In this document: piece after piece, positions 45,927 to 64,000 of the stretch
Layout: the number at the start of each line of letters is the position of its first letter
Numbering within the stretch: position 1 is the stretch's first letter
Assembly (NCBI GenBank): GCA_035998685.1
Contig: DASYHK010000003.1
Span: forward strand, 192,259 to 256,258
DNA: 64,000 nucleotides
Reading direction: 5' to 3'
Source: Devosiaceae bacterium
Lineage (GTDB): Bacteria; Pseudomonadota; Alphaproteobacteria; Rhizobiales; Devosiaceae
The notes under the pieces: generated by a model
Databases searched by the model: none
What the model was told of the DNA's origin: nothing
What the model saw: only the letters and a program-made list of their open reading frames with translations
Program-made: the position numbers and the translations under genes

Positions 45927-46865
45927 TCAGTTGCGGACCACCACGCAGGATCCACCGGCAGCGCGTAGGTCTTGGCAGAGCGTGTCGGCTTCATCGCGGC
46001 TGTCCCGGCCGATCATCGCGGAGTGCCGCGGCCGTGGACCAAAGCTGGGATTACGCACTGTCAGCAGCAGCATCGCTTCCTCGTTCAGCAGCGCCGGGAA
46101 TTTTCCCTTTGTGCGGTCGAACTTCGCCGCGGCCGCTGCTGGGGAGAAGTCCTGCGCCAGCAGCACGCCCCATGGCTTCCAGTCCGCACTCTTTGCCATC
46201 AGCGGCGGCGTCGGTCGCCCCTCGGCCATCTGCTCGCAGGCTCGCTGGAAGCTGCTGTCCGGTTGCAGCGAATAGTCGACGTCTGCGACCGTACCGACCA
46301 GCCAGCTGTCCACCGGAGCCCCCGTAATTGTCAGCACATAGTTGCGGGTCTCCGACGGCAGCAGTCCGCCCCGCGCCTGCCAGCGCGATACCCGCCCCTC
46401 CCCAGAGTTGTAGGCCGCCGCCGCCAGGCCGAGGTTGCCGAACTTGTCACGGAGGAATCGCAGGTATTCGGCGGAATGGGCCAGCGCCTCCGCCGGCTGA
46501 AGCGCCTGCCGCAGCCCGCGCAACCTGGCCGTCCCGGGCATGAACTGCGCAATTCCCTGTGCACCTGCACGGCTGATGGCAGACGGGTCGAAGCGGCTCT
46601 CTTGCCAGATGAGGCGGGCGAAGAACGCCGGCGGCAGCCCGTGGTGGTTTGCGAGGCGTTCGATGGCCCGGCAGACGTCACCAAAGAAGTCCTCACTGCC
46701 GATGCAGATCCGTAGCGCCGCGTCGCCGACCGGCATGAGGCTGTGGCACTGAGGCCGGTGGCCCTCTGTCGCTTCGGGTGCGGCTCCTGCGCCCGAAGCC
46801 AGTGCCGACAATACAGCCGGAAGCAGTGCCAGCATCCTCAGAGCCCGCAAGGGAGCCGAGAGCAT
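45927..46865 (-). CDS. lytic transglycosylase (SLT domain) with C-terminal SPOR-like domain
   Basis: ORF 45927..46952. LIWQESRFDPSAISRAGAQGIAQFMP, AAAYNSGEG. The C-terminus WGVLLAQDFS...IGRDSRDEADTLCQDLRAAGGSCVV is SPOR-like. The start is ATG 46865 or 46892. Confidence 0.75.
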   Translation of the reverse strand: MLSAPLRALRMLALLPAVLSALASGAGAAPEATEGHRPQCHSLMPVGDAALRICIGSEDFFGDVCRAIERLANHHGLPPAFFARLIWQESRFDPSAISRAGAQGIAQFMPGTARLRGLRQALQPAEALAHSAEYLRFLRDKFGNLGLAAAAYNSGEGRVSRWQARGGLLPSETRNYVLTITGAPVDSWLVGTVADVDYSLQPDSSFQRACEQMAEGRPTPPLMAKSADWKPWGVLLAQDFSPAAAAAKFDRTKGKFPALLNEEAMLLLTVRNPSFGPRPRHSAMIGRDSRDEADTLCQDLRAAGGSCVVVRN

Positions 46866-47009
46866 CGGCCTTGTCGGCGCCGCTGTCCCCATGATCGGCC
46901 CTCCATTTGTCGATCCCTGCTGCAGGAAGGAGGGCTCGACGACGAATTGCAAGCATTCCGGACGCGCCGCCTGATCCGCCCAGTGGTCCGAGGTGCCGGA
47001 ACCGACCGC

Positions 47010-48710
47010 TCAGGCCGCTGTCGCAGTCGGCTCGTCCGGCGCCCAGCCCTGAGCTGGGATGTGGGGGAAACGAACGGAGAATTCGATCTCGCCCTGCTGC
47101 TCACTGGCCTGGAGCTGCCCTCCGAGTTCTCCGGCGAGACGGCTCACCATGGCTACTCCGAACCCCTCTGCGGTGGCGGGATCGAACCCCGGCGGCAGCC
47201 GGCCGCTGTTGCGGACGGCAAGGATCGAGTGCTGCGCGTCGGAGTCGAATCGGACATGCAGTTTCGCCGTCGCGCCGCCCCCATGCTTGACCGCGTTGGT
47301 CATCAGCTCGTTTGTGATGATGGCCAGCAGGGACGCTTGGCGTGGGGAAAGATGCGTCTTCTCTGCATCGACGTAGCAGGCGCCCTCCGGACCGAGTAGT
47401 GACTTTCCGATATCCGCGCATAGCTCGTGCAGGAAGGTCGAGATCTCGACCATCTCGATGCCGTCGCTGACATGCATCTGCCGATAGACGAGGGCAAGCG
47501 AGTTCACCCGGTTCGCCGCCTGTACCAACTGCTCTGCAGCTTCCTGCGAACTGGTCTTGCGGGCCTGCAGGCGGATCACCCCGGAAATCGACATCAGGCT
47601 GTTCATCACCCGGTGGCTGAGCTCCCGCAACAGGTCGTCCTTGTGCCGCATTGCCTGCTGCAGCTCCCCGGCTAGGGAATTGAAGGCCGCCCCCAGTTGC
47701 CCAAACTCGGTTCGGGAACTCTCCGGCGCGCGCACGTCGAAATCCCCTTTCCGCCATCGGTGGGTGACCCGCAGCAGGTCCTCCAGCGGTCGCTGCAGCA
47801 GCCTCTTGCCGGCAAAGTGTGCCAGTATCGCTGACAATGCCGCAGCCAGGGCGACGCCGACGATGGCGCGCAGGCTCGCGAGGTTAAGCGGGGCGAAGGC
47901 GGCCTCGCGGCCAAGACCCACACCGACATAGAGGCCCCCGGGACCCGCCGCCGGCGGCACGAACCCGACGATCCGGTCCACCCCGTCGAACGGCGAGACT
48001 GCGTCGAAGACGCCGGGTACGGTGGCCGCACGCACTCTCTCCCAGAGCTCCGGCGGGAACGGCTGGCCTACGAATTCCGCGTGTTTGGGCTGGCGCACCA
48101 GGATGGTACCGCCGCTGTCGACGATGGAAATGGCCCGGTCCTCGCTCCAACTGGCCCGCTGCATTTTCTCGGCCAGCCAGTCGAGGCTGATGCTGGCGAA
48201 GATCACACCGCCGTGCGATTCATCCAGCCCCGCATAGGGGATCGCCATGTGCACGCCGGGAGTTTGCGACACCCGGCCGCGCACGAAGCGTCCCACGGTA
48301 AATGCGCCGGTCCGCACGGCCTGCTGATAGTAGTAGCGGTCCACAGGGGAAGGGTAGGGCCCGCCACTTCCGGCCTTGTCGGCGGCACAGAAAACGGAAC
48401 CGTCGGGGCGGGTCGCCGCGATCGTCAGGAACCCCTCGTAGCTGGGCAGCAGGCGGGACACGATATTGCTGCAGGCCACGCCATCGCCACCTCGGATTTC
48501 CGGCATCTGCGCCAGCGCGAAGAGGACGTTGTGGCCGCCTTCGATGATCCGCTGCAGCTCCTGCGCCAAGTCGCGCGCCAGGTCGGTTGCCGTGGCGTGG
48601 AGTTCCCGCTCGCGGTTCTGTCTGAGATCGATCTGGTCGTAGGCCAGCAGCCCGATGACCGGCAACAGGGTCAGCCCCCCAAGGAGAAACAGCCGGCGTC
48701 GCAAGCTCAT
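47010..48710 (-). CDS. sensor histidine kinase (Cache-like periplasmic domain, HAMP, HisKA_2/HWE-type core)
   Basis: 566 aa with two TM segments flanking a sensor domain of about 270 aa. HAMP (RPLEDLLRVTHRWRKGDFDV), H-box LLRELSHRVMNSL, and N-box ELMTNAVKHG. No response regulator lies adjacent. Confidence 0.85.
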   Translation of the reverse strand: MSLRRRLFLLGGLTLLPVIGLLAYDQIDLRQNRERELHATATDLARDLAQELQRIIEGGHNVLFALAQMPEIRGGDGVACSNIVSRLLPSYEGFLTIAATRPDGSVFCAADKAGSGGPYPSPVDRYYYQQAVRTGAFTVGRFVRGRVSQTPGVHMAIPYAGLDESHGGVIFASISLDWLAEKMQRASWSEDRAISIVDSGGTILVRQPKHAEFVGQPFPPELWERVRAATVPGVFDAVSPFDGVDRIVGFVPPAAGPGGLYVGVGLGREAAFAPLNLASLRAIVGVALAAALSAILAHFAGKRLLQRPLEDLLRVTHRWRKGDFDVRAPESSRTEFGQLGAAFNSLAGELQQAMRHKDDLLRELSHRVMNSLMSISGVIRLQARKTSSQEAAEQLVQAANRVNSLALVYRQMHVSDGIEMVEISTFLHELCADIGKSLLGPEGACYVDAEKTHLSPRQASLLAIITNELMTNAVKHGGGATAKLHVRFDSDAQHSILAVRNSGRLPPGFDPATAEGFGVAMVSRLAGELGGQLQASEQQGEIEFSVRFPHIPAQGWAPDEPTATAA

Positions 48711-48976
48711 CCTAGTCCCCCAGGCGCTGAACCTCCGGCGCCGGCCAGAAATAGCACGACTATTCGATGAAACGAATCATCCGTATCGCCGGCCCTCGTC
48801 ATCCGCGCAATGGAAGGTGCTGGGCGAGCAGGCGGCGTAACATAAGTTAGAGCCACCGCAATTTTCCGCACCCGTACTCGGATCCGGCCATCGCCGAGGG
48901 CCATTGCGCCGGCTCGAAGGTGCGCCGGATACCTCTTGCGCCGCGGGGGGTTTGCGATTATTCGGGGCACGCCTGT

Positions 48977-49052
48977 AGGGGTATAGCTCAGTTGGTAGAG
49001 CATCGGTCTCCAAAACCGAGGGTCGTAGGTTCGAGTCCTACTGCCCCTGCCA
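48977..49052 (+). tRNA. tRNA-Trp (anticodon CCA)
   Basis: AGGGGTATAGCTCAGTTGGTAGAGCATCGGTCTCCAAAACCGAGGGTCGTAGGTTCGAGTCCTACTGCCCCTGCCA. Confidence 0.93.
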
Positions 49053-49263
49053 GGCAAGGTCGGCGGCCTGCAAATCCCGGTCGCCAACCCACGCGCGCCT
49101 GCTTCGCAGTCCCCAAATCCTCTCCATTGGGCCGTCACAGGTGCGGATGGAGTCGAGCGATCCTTGGTCGCCTCGGTCGCATCTGACCTCTCGCCGCCCG
49201 GTGACCTCGAAACCTGCCAGGCCCATGAGTGGAACCTTCGACCAGCGTGATCGGTACTAGGGT

Positions 49264-50357
49264 ATGCGTGCACGGACAACGGCGGGAGTGGCGGCCCCGA
49301 GCAAGCAGGTTGATATTCCAGTCGCAGGCGGCGGCCCCACCGCATCAACCGGTGGCGTGGCCAGCTGGGAGATGTTCCACAGCAACAGGCAGGCTTGGGA
49401 CGCCACCCTTGCACTTTGCGATTCCGCGCGCAGCTCCGTCGAGATCGAGCAATATATCGTGCGGAGCAAGGGCATCGGGCATCGACTGCTGGATCTGCTG
49501 GCTGCGAAGGCGCGCCAGGGAGTCGACGTACGAATCGTCGCCGACGGCTTCGGCAGCTTCGGCTTGACCGCCACCCGCGGGGCGAGGCGGCTGCGGGCGG
49601 CCGGGGGCCGGCTCGCAATGTTTCATGGAGCGGGCGCCATTCTGCGCTCGCCTGCCGCCGCCATTCACCGCCTCCACCGCAAGTCCATCATCTGTGACGG
49701 CAATCGGATGATGGTGGGCGGGAGCTGCTTTGATCCGCGCATGAACGACTGGCGCGATACCATGGTTTGGGTGGAGGGGTCCCTTGCCGCTGTTGCCCGG
49801 TTGGAGTTCGAGGACAGCTGGGCTCGGGCCACCGGCGACCACGCCTCCTCCGGACCGGCGACGTCGTACGACGGAGGACCCTGGCGCTACTGCGTATCGA
49901 CGACCACGCCTCCAGTTCGACATGAGTACTTTCCCGAATTGATCCGGCAGATCGAGGGCGCAGTGCACCGGGTGATACTGACCACCCCCTATCTCGTCCC
50001 CGGAGGGGGGCAGTGGAAGCTGCTGGAAAAGGCGTTGGTCGACGCGGTCGCGCGCGGAGTGTCGGTGTACCTCATCTTTCCGGCTCGCAGTGACCACGCC
50101 TGGGTTGACATGATCAGCCGGCGCGTCGCCCGCGACCTGGCCCGGGACGGGATAAGGATGTGCGCCTACGAGCCTGCCAGCTGCATGCGAAGCTGGCATC
50201 CATCGACGACCGGTGGGCAGGTATCGGGAGCTTCAATATTGGCTTCGACAGCTTGTGGATGAACTTCGAGGCCGTCGCAGTCAGCACCGACCCCCAGCTC
50301 AACGCCGCCCTTGCCGAGCAGCTGGAGCTCGACTTGGCGTCGTCAACACTCCTCTGA
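49264..50357 (+). pseudogene. phospholipase D / cardiolipin synthase-like gene with a frameshift before the second HKD motif
   Basis: The first HKD motif (HRKSIICDG) is in the frame of ORF 49264..50262. The second (LHAKLASIDDRWAGIGSFN) is in ORF 50160..50357, one frame over. The junction lies at 50173-50180 (tacgagcct-gc-cagctgcat), consistent with a 1-nt loss. Confidence 0.7.
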
Positions 50358-51062
50358 CCGTGCCGAGCGGTGATCGAGATGTGCCCAGATCGGCAGGTGA
50401 TCTGAGGCTTGGCGGGCGAGGGGCGAGCGGTGCACCCCGGCTGCCAGCACCTGCAGCTCACGGCTGTGGATGATCTTGTCGAGGCTGGCGACCGGCAGGC
50501 GCGAGTGGAAGCTGCGGCCGGTTGCGGCGACCTCATGATCGTTCAGGAATTGGCGGAGCGCTCCGCCTCCCTCCTGCCACTCGTTGAAATCGCCCATGAT
50601 GATCATCGGCAGTTGCGGCGCGCTCAGTTGCAGATGCTGAAGGAGCGTAAACGCCTGCTGGACGCGCCAGCCACCGAGCAGGCCGAGGTGCAGACCGACG
50701 ATCCGGATGGTGCTGCCGCCCGCGCCGACATCTGCGACCAGCGCCCCCCGCGGCTGCTCGGGAGAATGCAGGGCGACGGAGGCGGTCCTTATGGCAGTCA
50801 TTCCTTCCCGCATCAGCAGCATGTTCCCGCGCCACCCGACGGCGTCGTCGCGGTCCTGTAGCCGAACCGGAACATACGGGGTCGTCGCCTCGATCGCCTC
50901 GGCGGCCTCTGCCTCTAGGTGCTCGGTGAAGTCCGGATCGCTCTCCTGCAGGGCGACCACGTCGGCGTCGACTTCCCGGAGGACGGCAACGCAGCGTCGG
51001 AGGCTTCTGCGCCAATCCGTTCCAAGGCCCCGCCGGATGTTGTATGAGGCAACGCGGATCAT
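50343..51062 (-). CDS. endonuclease/exonuclease/phosphatase (EEP) family protein
   Basis: ORF 50343..51335 with likely start ATG 51062. MIRVASYNIRRGLG, VVALQE, MGDFNEW, SDHLPIWA. Confidence 0.8.
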   Translation of the reverse strand: MIRVASYNIRRGLGTDWRRSLRRCVAVLREVDADVVALQESDPDFTEHLEAEAAEAIEATTPYVPVRLQDRDDAVGWRGNMLLMREGMTAIRTASVALHSPEQPRGALVADVGAGGSTIRIVGLHLGLLGGWRVQQAFTLLQHLQLSAPQLPMIIMGDFNEWQEGGGALRQFLNDHEVAATGRSFHSRLPVASLDKIIHSRELQVLAAGVHRSPLARQASDHLPIWAHLDHRSARSEEC

Positions 51063-51234
51063 TCGGGAGCAACGGCAACTCGCGGCCTTCGGTTCACGGG
51101 CGGCAGGGACGTAATTGCCTGGAAGAGGCTGTTGCAATTGTCGGCCAGACTCTCTAGATAGGCCTTCGCAGCCGCCGGGGAGACTCGCGCGGCTAATGGT
51201 TATGGGCAGAAATGTCCTCGGGAAAGTGATGCTG

Positions 51235-51429
51235 ATGGCCGGTGCGAACCCCCTGAAATTCATGCGCGAGGTTCGCCAGGAAGTCAGCAAGGTGACCTGG
51301 CCTTCGCGCAACGAGACCCTGATCTCCACTGTCATGGTGCTGGTGTTCGTGATGCTCGCGAGCCTCTTCTTCCTGGCCGCGGATCAGGTCATTTCCTGGC
51401 TTGTGCAGCTGATGCTGTCGATCCGCTAG
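51235..51429 (+). CDS. secE: preprotein translocase subunit SecE
   Basis: ORF 51115..51429 with likely start ATG 51235. [35 protein letters not shown], immediately upstream of nusG. Confidence 0.85.
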   Translation: MAGANPLKFMREVRQEVSKVTWPSRNETLISTVMVLVFVMLASLFFLAADQVISWLVQLMLSIR

Positions 51430-51466
51430 GCGGCAACAACAAGACTATTGGGAGCGGCGAGGCGGC

Positions 51467-51997
51467 ATGGCCAAACGCTGGTACATCGTTCAGGCTTACT
51501 CGAATTTCGAGCGGAAGGTGGCGGAAGACATCCGCCAGAAGGTCGCTCAGAAGAAGCTCGAAGACCTGTTCGAGGACGTGATCGTACCGACCGAGAAGGT
51601 TGTCGAGATGCGCCGCGGCCGTAAGGTCGATGCCGAGCGCAAGTTTTTTCCCGGCTATGTGCTGGTGAAGATGGAGATGACGGACCAGGCGTTCCACCTG
51701 ATCAAGAATACGCCCAAGGTTACAGGGTTCCTCGGGTCCGGGGACCGGCCGATGCCGATCTCCGAATCTGAGGCGATGGCCATTCTGCAGCAGGTGCAGG
51801 AAGGGGTCGAGCACCCCAAGCCCTCCGTTTCCTTCGAGGTCGGAGAGCAGGTGCGGGTGGCCGACGGCCCCTTCGCGAGCTTCAACGGCGTCGTCGAGGA
51901 AGTCGACGAGGAGCGGGCTCGCCTCAAGGTGGAAGTGTCGATCTTTGGTCGGCCGACGCCGGTCGAACTGGAATACGGACAGGTCGAGAAGGTCTGA
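51467..51997 (+). CDS. nusG: transcription termination/antitermination factor NusG
   Basis: [18 protein letters not shown]...KVTGFLG...[14 protein letters not shown] (NGN and KOW domains). Confidence 0.97.
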   Translation: MAKRWYIVQAYSNFERKVAEDIRQKVAQKKLEDLFEDVIVPTEKVVEMRRGRKVDAERKFFPGYVLVKMEMTDQAFHLIKNTPKVTGFLGSGDRPMPISESEAMAILQQVQEGVEHPKPSVSFEVGEQVRVADGPFASFNGVVEEVDEERARLKVEVSIFGRPTPVELEYGQVEKV

Positions 51998-52003
51998 TCC
52001 GGA

Positions 52004-52027
52004 TTGCGTAACGGCAACGTTACGCAA
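52004..52027 (+). terminator. hairpin downstream of nusG, in the rplK leader
   Basis: A perfect 10-bp stem TTGCGTAACG/CGTTACGCAA with a GCAA loop lies 7 nt after the nusG stop. It is followed by AAAATCC with no strong U tract, so it may act as an attenuator or processing element. Confidence 0.45.
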
Positions 52028-52144
52028 AATCCGTGGGAGAGGGCGGTGGCAGCCAGCCACCGGCGAAACCTCGGACCACGGCGTCAAAGGCTCCAGTGAC
52101 GCGGAGCGCCAGCCCGAAATCGGGCGCCCATAGGAGAATGACGT

Positions 52145-52573
52145 ATGGCAAAGAAGATTACCGGCTACCTGAAGCTGCAGGTGCCGGCCGGTTCGGCGAC
52201 CCCGTCGCCCCCGATCGGTCCGGCCCTCGGCCAGCGCGGCCTCAACATCATGGAATTCTGCAAGGCCTTCAATGCCGCCACGCAGGATCAGGAGAAGGGT
52301 GCGCCGACCCCGGTCGTCATCACGATTTTCGCCGACAAGAGCTTTTCCTTCGAGACCAAGCTGCCGCCGGTGACCTACTTCCTGAAGAAGGCCGTGAACC
52401 TTAAGTCCGGGTCGAAGCTGCCGGGCAAGGAAAGCGCCGGTACCATCACCCAGGCCCAGATCCGCGAGATCGCGGAGAAGAAGATCAAGGACCTCAACGC
52501 CTACGACGTCGACGCTGCCGCCAAGATGATCGCTGGCTCCGCCCGTTCGATGGGCCTGCAGGTGGAGGGCTGA
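52145..52573 (+). CDS. rplK: 50S ribosomal protein L11
   Basis: [43 protein letters not shown]. Confidence 0.97.
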   Translation: MAKKITGYLKLQVPAGSATPSPPIGPALGQRGLNIMEFCKAFNAATQDQEKGAPTPVVITIFADKSFSFETKLPPVTYFLKKAVNLKSGSKLPGKESAGTITQAQIREIAEKKIKDLNAYDVDAAAKMIAGSARSMGLQVEG

Positions 52574-52577
52574 TCCA

Positions 52578-53270
52578 ATGGCAAAGATAGCAAAGCGCGT
52601 CGCCGCCGCCCGCGAGGGCATCGATCGCACCAAGCTCTACGACCTCGGTGAGGCCCTGTCGCTGGTCAAGGCCCGCGCCACCGCCAAGTTCGACGAGACC
52701 GTGGAAGTGGCGTTCAACCTCGGCGTCGATCCGCGCCACGCCGACCAGATGGTTCGCGGCGTCGTCAACCTGCCCAACGGCACCGGCAAGACCGTCCGCG
52801 TCGCCGTCTTCGCCAAGGATGCCAAGGCCGATGAGGCCCGCGCCGCCGGCGCGGATGTCGTCGGTGCCGAGGATCTCGTCGAGCAGGTACAGGCCGGCAA
52901 CATCAACTTCGATCGCGTCATCGCGACCCCGGACATGATGCCGCTGGTCGGTCGCCTCGGTAAGGTCCTCGGACCGCGCAACCTGATGCCGAACCCGAAG
53001 GTCGGCACCGTCACGCCTGACGTCGCCGGCGCGGTCAAGGCCGCCAAGGGCGGTGCCGTGGAGTTCCGTGTCGAGAAGGCGGGCATCCTGCATGCCGGCG
53101 TCGGTAAGGCCTCGTTCAGCGACCAGGCGCTCCTCGAGAACATCAAGGCCTTCGCCGACGCGGTCCAGAAGGCCAAGCCGGCGGGCGCCAAGGGCACCTA
53201 TATCCGGCGCGTCGCCCTGTCCTCGACCATGGGTCCGGGGCTGCACATCGATCCCGCGTCGGTCCACTAG
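52578..53270 (+). CDS. rplA: 50S ribosomal protein L1
   Basis: [21 protein letters not shown]...[24 protein letters not shown]. Confidence 0.97.
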   Translation: MAKIAKRVAAAREGIDRTKLYDLGEALSLVKARATAKFDETVEVAFNLGVDPRHADQMVRGVVNLPNGTGKTVRVAVFAKDAKADEARAAGADVVGAEDLVEQVQAGNINFDRVIATPDMMPLVGRLGKVLGPRNLMPNPKVGTVTPDVAGAVKAAKGGAVEFRVEKAGILHAGVGKASFSDQALLENIKAFADAVQKAKPAGAKGTYIRRVALSSTMGPGLHIDPASVH

Positions 53271-53622
53271 GACCGCCGCAACAGCATACCGGACGGGCCC
53301 GCGAGGGGCGTCCGGGGAGCCGGTCCGGTTCTCGGACCAGACCGGCCAAGTCCTGTCCGAGACTGCTCGGTGGGCCGCGAGGCTCTTAAATCCGACCTGA
53401 GACGCGCCGCGCGCGACAAAGGAAAGGGACCGGCAATAGACGGGGTGACAACCGGATCCACCGGCCGCAGGGCCGGCCTTCGGTTCGAACCAGGCCAGTT
53501 GCCGCTCAGGGTTCTCCCTTCGCGGAAGCTCGGTTGACAGGCGTTAACCCGCTGCCTCCGTCACGGAGGGCAGCAATTGGCACAGTCCGGACGACTATTC
53601 CGGGCTAAATGTGGAGACTACA
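53271..53622 (+). promoter_or_regulatory. long structured leader upstream of rplJ (putative L10-L7/L12 autoregulatory leader)
   Basis: About 350 nt without an ORF between rplA and rplJ. It contains hairpins, e.g. GCTGCCTCCG-TCA-CGGAGGGCAGC around 53551-53575. The position matches known L10 leaders. Confidence 0.45.
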
Positions 53623-54141
53623 GTGGAAAGAGCGGAAAAGCGTGAGCTGGTCTCGACGCTCCAGTCGGCATTCGCCGGGGCTGGATCGATCGTGGTTGCT
53701 CAGAACACCGGTCTGTCCGTGGCCGACCTCGAGACTCTGCGCACGCAGATGAAAGAGGCCGGCGGAACGGTCAAGGTCGCCAAGAACCGCCTTGCCAAGA
53801 TTGCTCTGAAAGACACCGACAACGCGGACATCTCGGCCCTGTTCACCGGGCCGACCGTCCTCGCCTACGCCACGGATCCCATGACCGCGCCGAAAGTCGC
53901 GGCCGCATTCGCCGACAAGAACCAGAAGTTCGTGGTGCTTGGCGGTGCAATGGGGAAGACCGAGCTCGACGCCGCAAACGTCAAGGCGCTGGCCAGCCTG
54001 CCGTCGCTCGATCAGTTGCGTGCCACGCTCGCCGGGATGCTCAAGCAGCCCGCGACGCGGATCGCTTCTGTCGTGCAGGCACCGGGTGGACAGATCGCAC
54101 GGGTCCTCGCCGCTTACGCGGACAAGGGCAACGCAGCATAG
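53623..54141 (+). CDS. rplJ: 50S ribosomal protein L10
   Basis: ORF 53611..54141. GGAGA lies 6 nt before GTG 53623, giving (M)[16 protein letters not shown]...[16 protein letters not shown]. Confidence 0.93.
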   Translation: MERAEKRELVSTLQSAFAGAGSIVVAQNTGLSVADLETLRTQMKEAGGTVKVAKNRLAKIALKDTDNADISALFTGPTVLAYATDPMTAPKVAAAFADKNQKFVVLGGAMGKTELDAANVKALASLPSLDQLRATLAGMLKQPATRIASVVQAPGGQIARVLAAYADKGNAA

Positions 54142-54210
54142 GCATACAATCCGGTCCCTCGGGACCTCCACGGTTCGAACTGAACGAAATCAAACTGAAA
54201 GTGAACAGAA

Positions 54211-54585
54211 ATGGCTGATCTCGCCAAAATCGTAGACGACCTGTCGGCACTGACCGTCCTCGAGGCCTCCGAGCTGTCGAAGATGCTCGAGGAGAAGTGG
54301 GGCGTCTCGGCTGCCGCCCCGGTCGCCGCCGCCGCTGCTGGTGGTGCCGCCCCGGCCGCCGCTGCCGAAGAAAAGACGGAATTCGACGTTATCCTCGCCT
54401 CCTTCGGTGAGAACAAGATCAACGTCATCAAGGAAGTCCGCGCCATCACCGGCCTGGGCCTGGGCGAGGCCAAGGCTCTCGTCGAGGCTGCACCGAAGGC
54501 CATCAAGGAAGGCGCTTCCAAGTCCGAGGCCGAAGACATCCAGAAAAAGCTGGAAGCAGCCGGCGCCAAGGTCGAACTGAAGTAA
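54211..54585 (+). CDS. rplL: 50S ribosomal protein L7/L12
   Basis: [32 protein letters not shown]...KVELK. Confidence 0.97.
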   Translation: MADLAKIVDDLSALTVLEASELSKMLEEKWGVSAAAPVAAAAAGGAAPAAAAEEKTEFDVILASFGENKINVIKEVRAITGLGLGEAKALVEAAPKAIKEGASKSEAEDIQKKLEAAGAKVELK

Positions 54586-54597
54586 TTCGAAATCCGT

Positions 54598-54624
54598 CGG
54601 GGTGGCGCCTCTGGTGCCGCCCCG
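54598..54624 (+). terminator. imperfect GC hairpin between rplL and rpoB (possible attenuator)
   Basis: CGGGGTGGCGCC-TCT-GGTGCCGCCCCG lies 12 nt after the rplL stop. There is no U tract. The position matches the known rplL-rpoB attenuator. Confidence 0.4.
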
Positions 54625-54806
54625 ACCCTGCCGCGTTCATCGACGCGGCGGCCGCCACCCACCGGGCAGGGCGGAAGTTGCGGAACGAGGAGCCGACATG
54701 GCTCCGAGACCAGTTTAATAAGGCAGATTTCCTGAGGTCCGACGGCTGATTGTCGGGTCTTTGGACATTTGCCTCCGAGACATTCGAGAGAAAGATAGGA
54801 GCGGGT

Positions 54807-58985
<4,179 letters not shown>

Positions 58986-59066
58986 GGTCGCCGCGTTCTC
59001 CATCCCATTCCTTCGCGCGGCTGCGGGCCTGACCCGCCCGGAGCCGGCGAACCGAGGAGCCAAAAG

Positions 59067-63266
<4,200 letters not shown>

Positions 63267-63284
63267 TCGGACATACGAGACGAG

Positions 63285-63306
63285 AAGGGGGCCTGCGGGC
63301 CCCCTT
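63285..63306 (+). terminator. rho-independent-type hairpin after rpoC
   Basis: AAGGGGGCC-TGCG-GGCCCCCTT (perfect 9-bp stem) lies 19 nt after the stop and is followed by CGCATTTGC, a weak U tract. Confidence 0.6.
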
Positions 63307-63341
63307 CGCATTTGCAGACGGCCGGAGCCGGGAGAAGGCGC

Positions 63342-64000
63342 ATGAATGATAGGGTCTGGTCCGAGGTCGACCGCTACATCGAGGACCGGCTGCTGCCGCA
63401 TGATGCTGCCCTTGAGGCGACCCTGGCGGCGAATGCCGCCGCTGGTCTGCCCGCCATCGACGTGTCGCCCGCGCAGGGGCGCTTCCTCCATCTGCTGGTC
63501 CGTATGACCGGCGCCAGGCGGGTGCTGGAGATCGGCACCCTCGGCGGCTATTCGACCATCTGCATGGCCAGCGCCCTGCCGGCGGACGGGCGGCTGGTGA
63601 CGCTCGAATACGAGCCGCTCCATGCCGAGGTGGCGCGTTCCAACCTCGCCCGCGCCGGATTGGACCAGATGGTCGAACTGCGGCTGGGGCAGGGGGTCGA
63701 CAATCTGCGGCAGCTGCAGGCGGAAGGCGTAGCGCCCTTCGACCTCGTCTTCATTGATGCCGACAAGCAGAGCAACCGGGACTATCTCGAGGGCACGTTC
63801 CGGCTGTCGCGCCCGGGCACCGTCATCGTGCTCGACAACGTCGTCCGCAGCGGCGGGGTCGTCGATGCCGGCAGTGCCGAGCCCGGCATCACCGGCACCC
63901 GCGCTGCTTTCGACTTCTTCCACGACCACCCGCGGCTAACCGCCACGGCGCTGCAGACCGTCGGCGCCAAGGGCTATGACGGCTTCGCGCTCGCGCTCGT
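63342..64000 (+). CDS. class I SAM-dependent O-methyltransferase (caffeoyl-CoA OMT-like), 3' end beyond the window
   Basis: Not in the ORF track because there is no stop in the window. ATG 63342 gives MNDRVWSEVDRYIEDRLL...ARRVLEIGTLGGYSTICMA...FDLVFIDADKQSN...; the frame stays open to position 64000. Confidence 0.8.
   Translation, partial: MNDRVWSEVDRYIEDRLLPHDAALEATLAANAAAGLPAIDVSPAQGRFLHLLVRMTGARRVLEIGTLGGYSTICMASALPADGRLVTLEYEPLHAEVARSNLARAGLDQMVELRLGQGVDNLRQLQAEGVAPFDLVFIDADKQSNRDYLEGTFRLSRPGTVIVLDNVVRSGGVVDAGSAEPGITGTRAAFDFFHDHPRLTATALQTVGAKGYDGFALAL

Overview
High-G+C alphaproteobacterial chromosome segment, Hyphomicrobiales/Rhizobiales-like by gene content. About 85% is conserved housekeeping DNA: ctaA, rplM-rpsI, a class I/II aminotransferase-hom-glpX block, recJ, cfa, nadK, rlmB, and the secE-nusG-rplKAJL-rpoBC cluster. 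There are also four tRNAs (Thr-UGU, Tyr-GUA, Gly-UCC, Trp-CCA), a hyi-glxR pair, a one-strand sugar ABC/LacI/GH127 locus and an ArsR-SRPBCC-VOC trio. The one clearly accessory stretch is about 9.4 kb (19726-29170), starting exactly at the 3' end of tRNA-Thr. Its G+C is visibly lower: hand counts on single 60-nt lines give about 32-47%, against well above 60% in the core. I found no integrase, transposase or attR in it. It encodes almost only signal-peptide, lipoprotein or small multi-TM proteins of unknown function, including a paralogous two-Cys lipoprotein family. It also carries a secreted SNase-fold protein, an RHH gene coupled to a truncated N6-adenine methyltransferase, a duplicated gene fragment and a heavily decayed Hint-domain gene. 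I read it as a degenerate island, possibly an orphan-immunity or exported-protein cluster; that reading is inference, not a demonstrated system. Other notable points are a frameshifted PLD-family gene, two insertions of unrelated genes around tRNA-Trp where tuf usually sits, an SD-supported N-terminal extension on homoserine dehydrogenase, an Ala/Glu-rich acidic lipoprotein, and perfect palindromes upstream of the sugar locus. No CRISPR array, rRNA or IS element was seen. Family names come from motif recognition by eye, not database searches.
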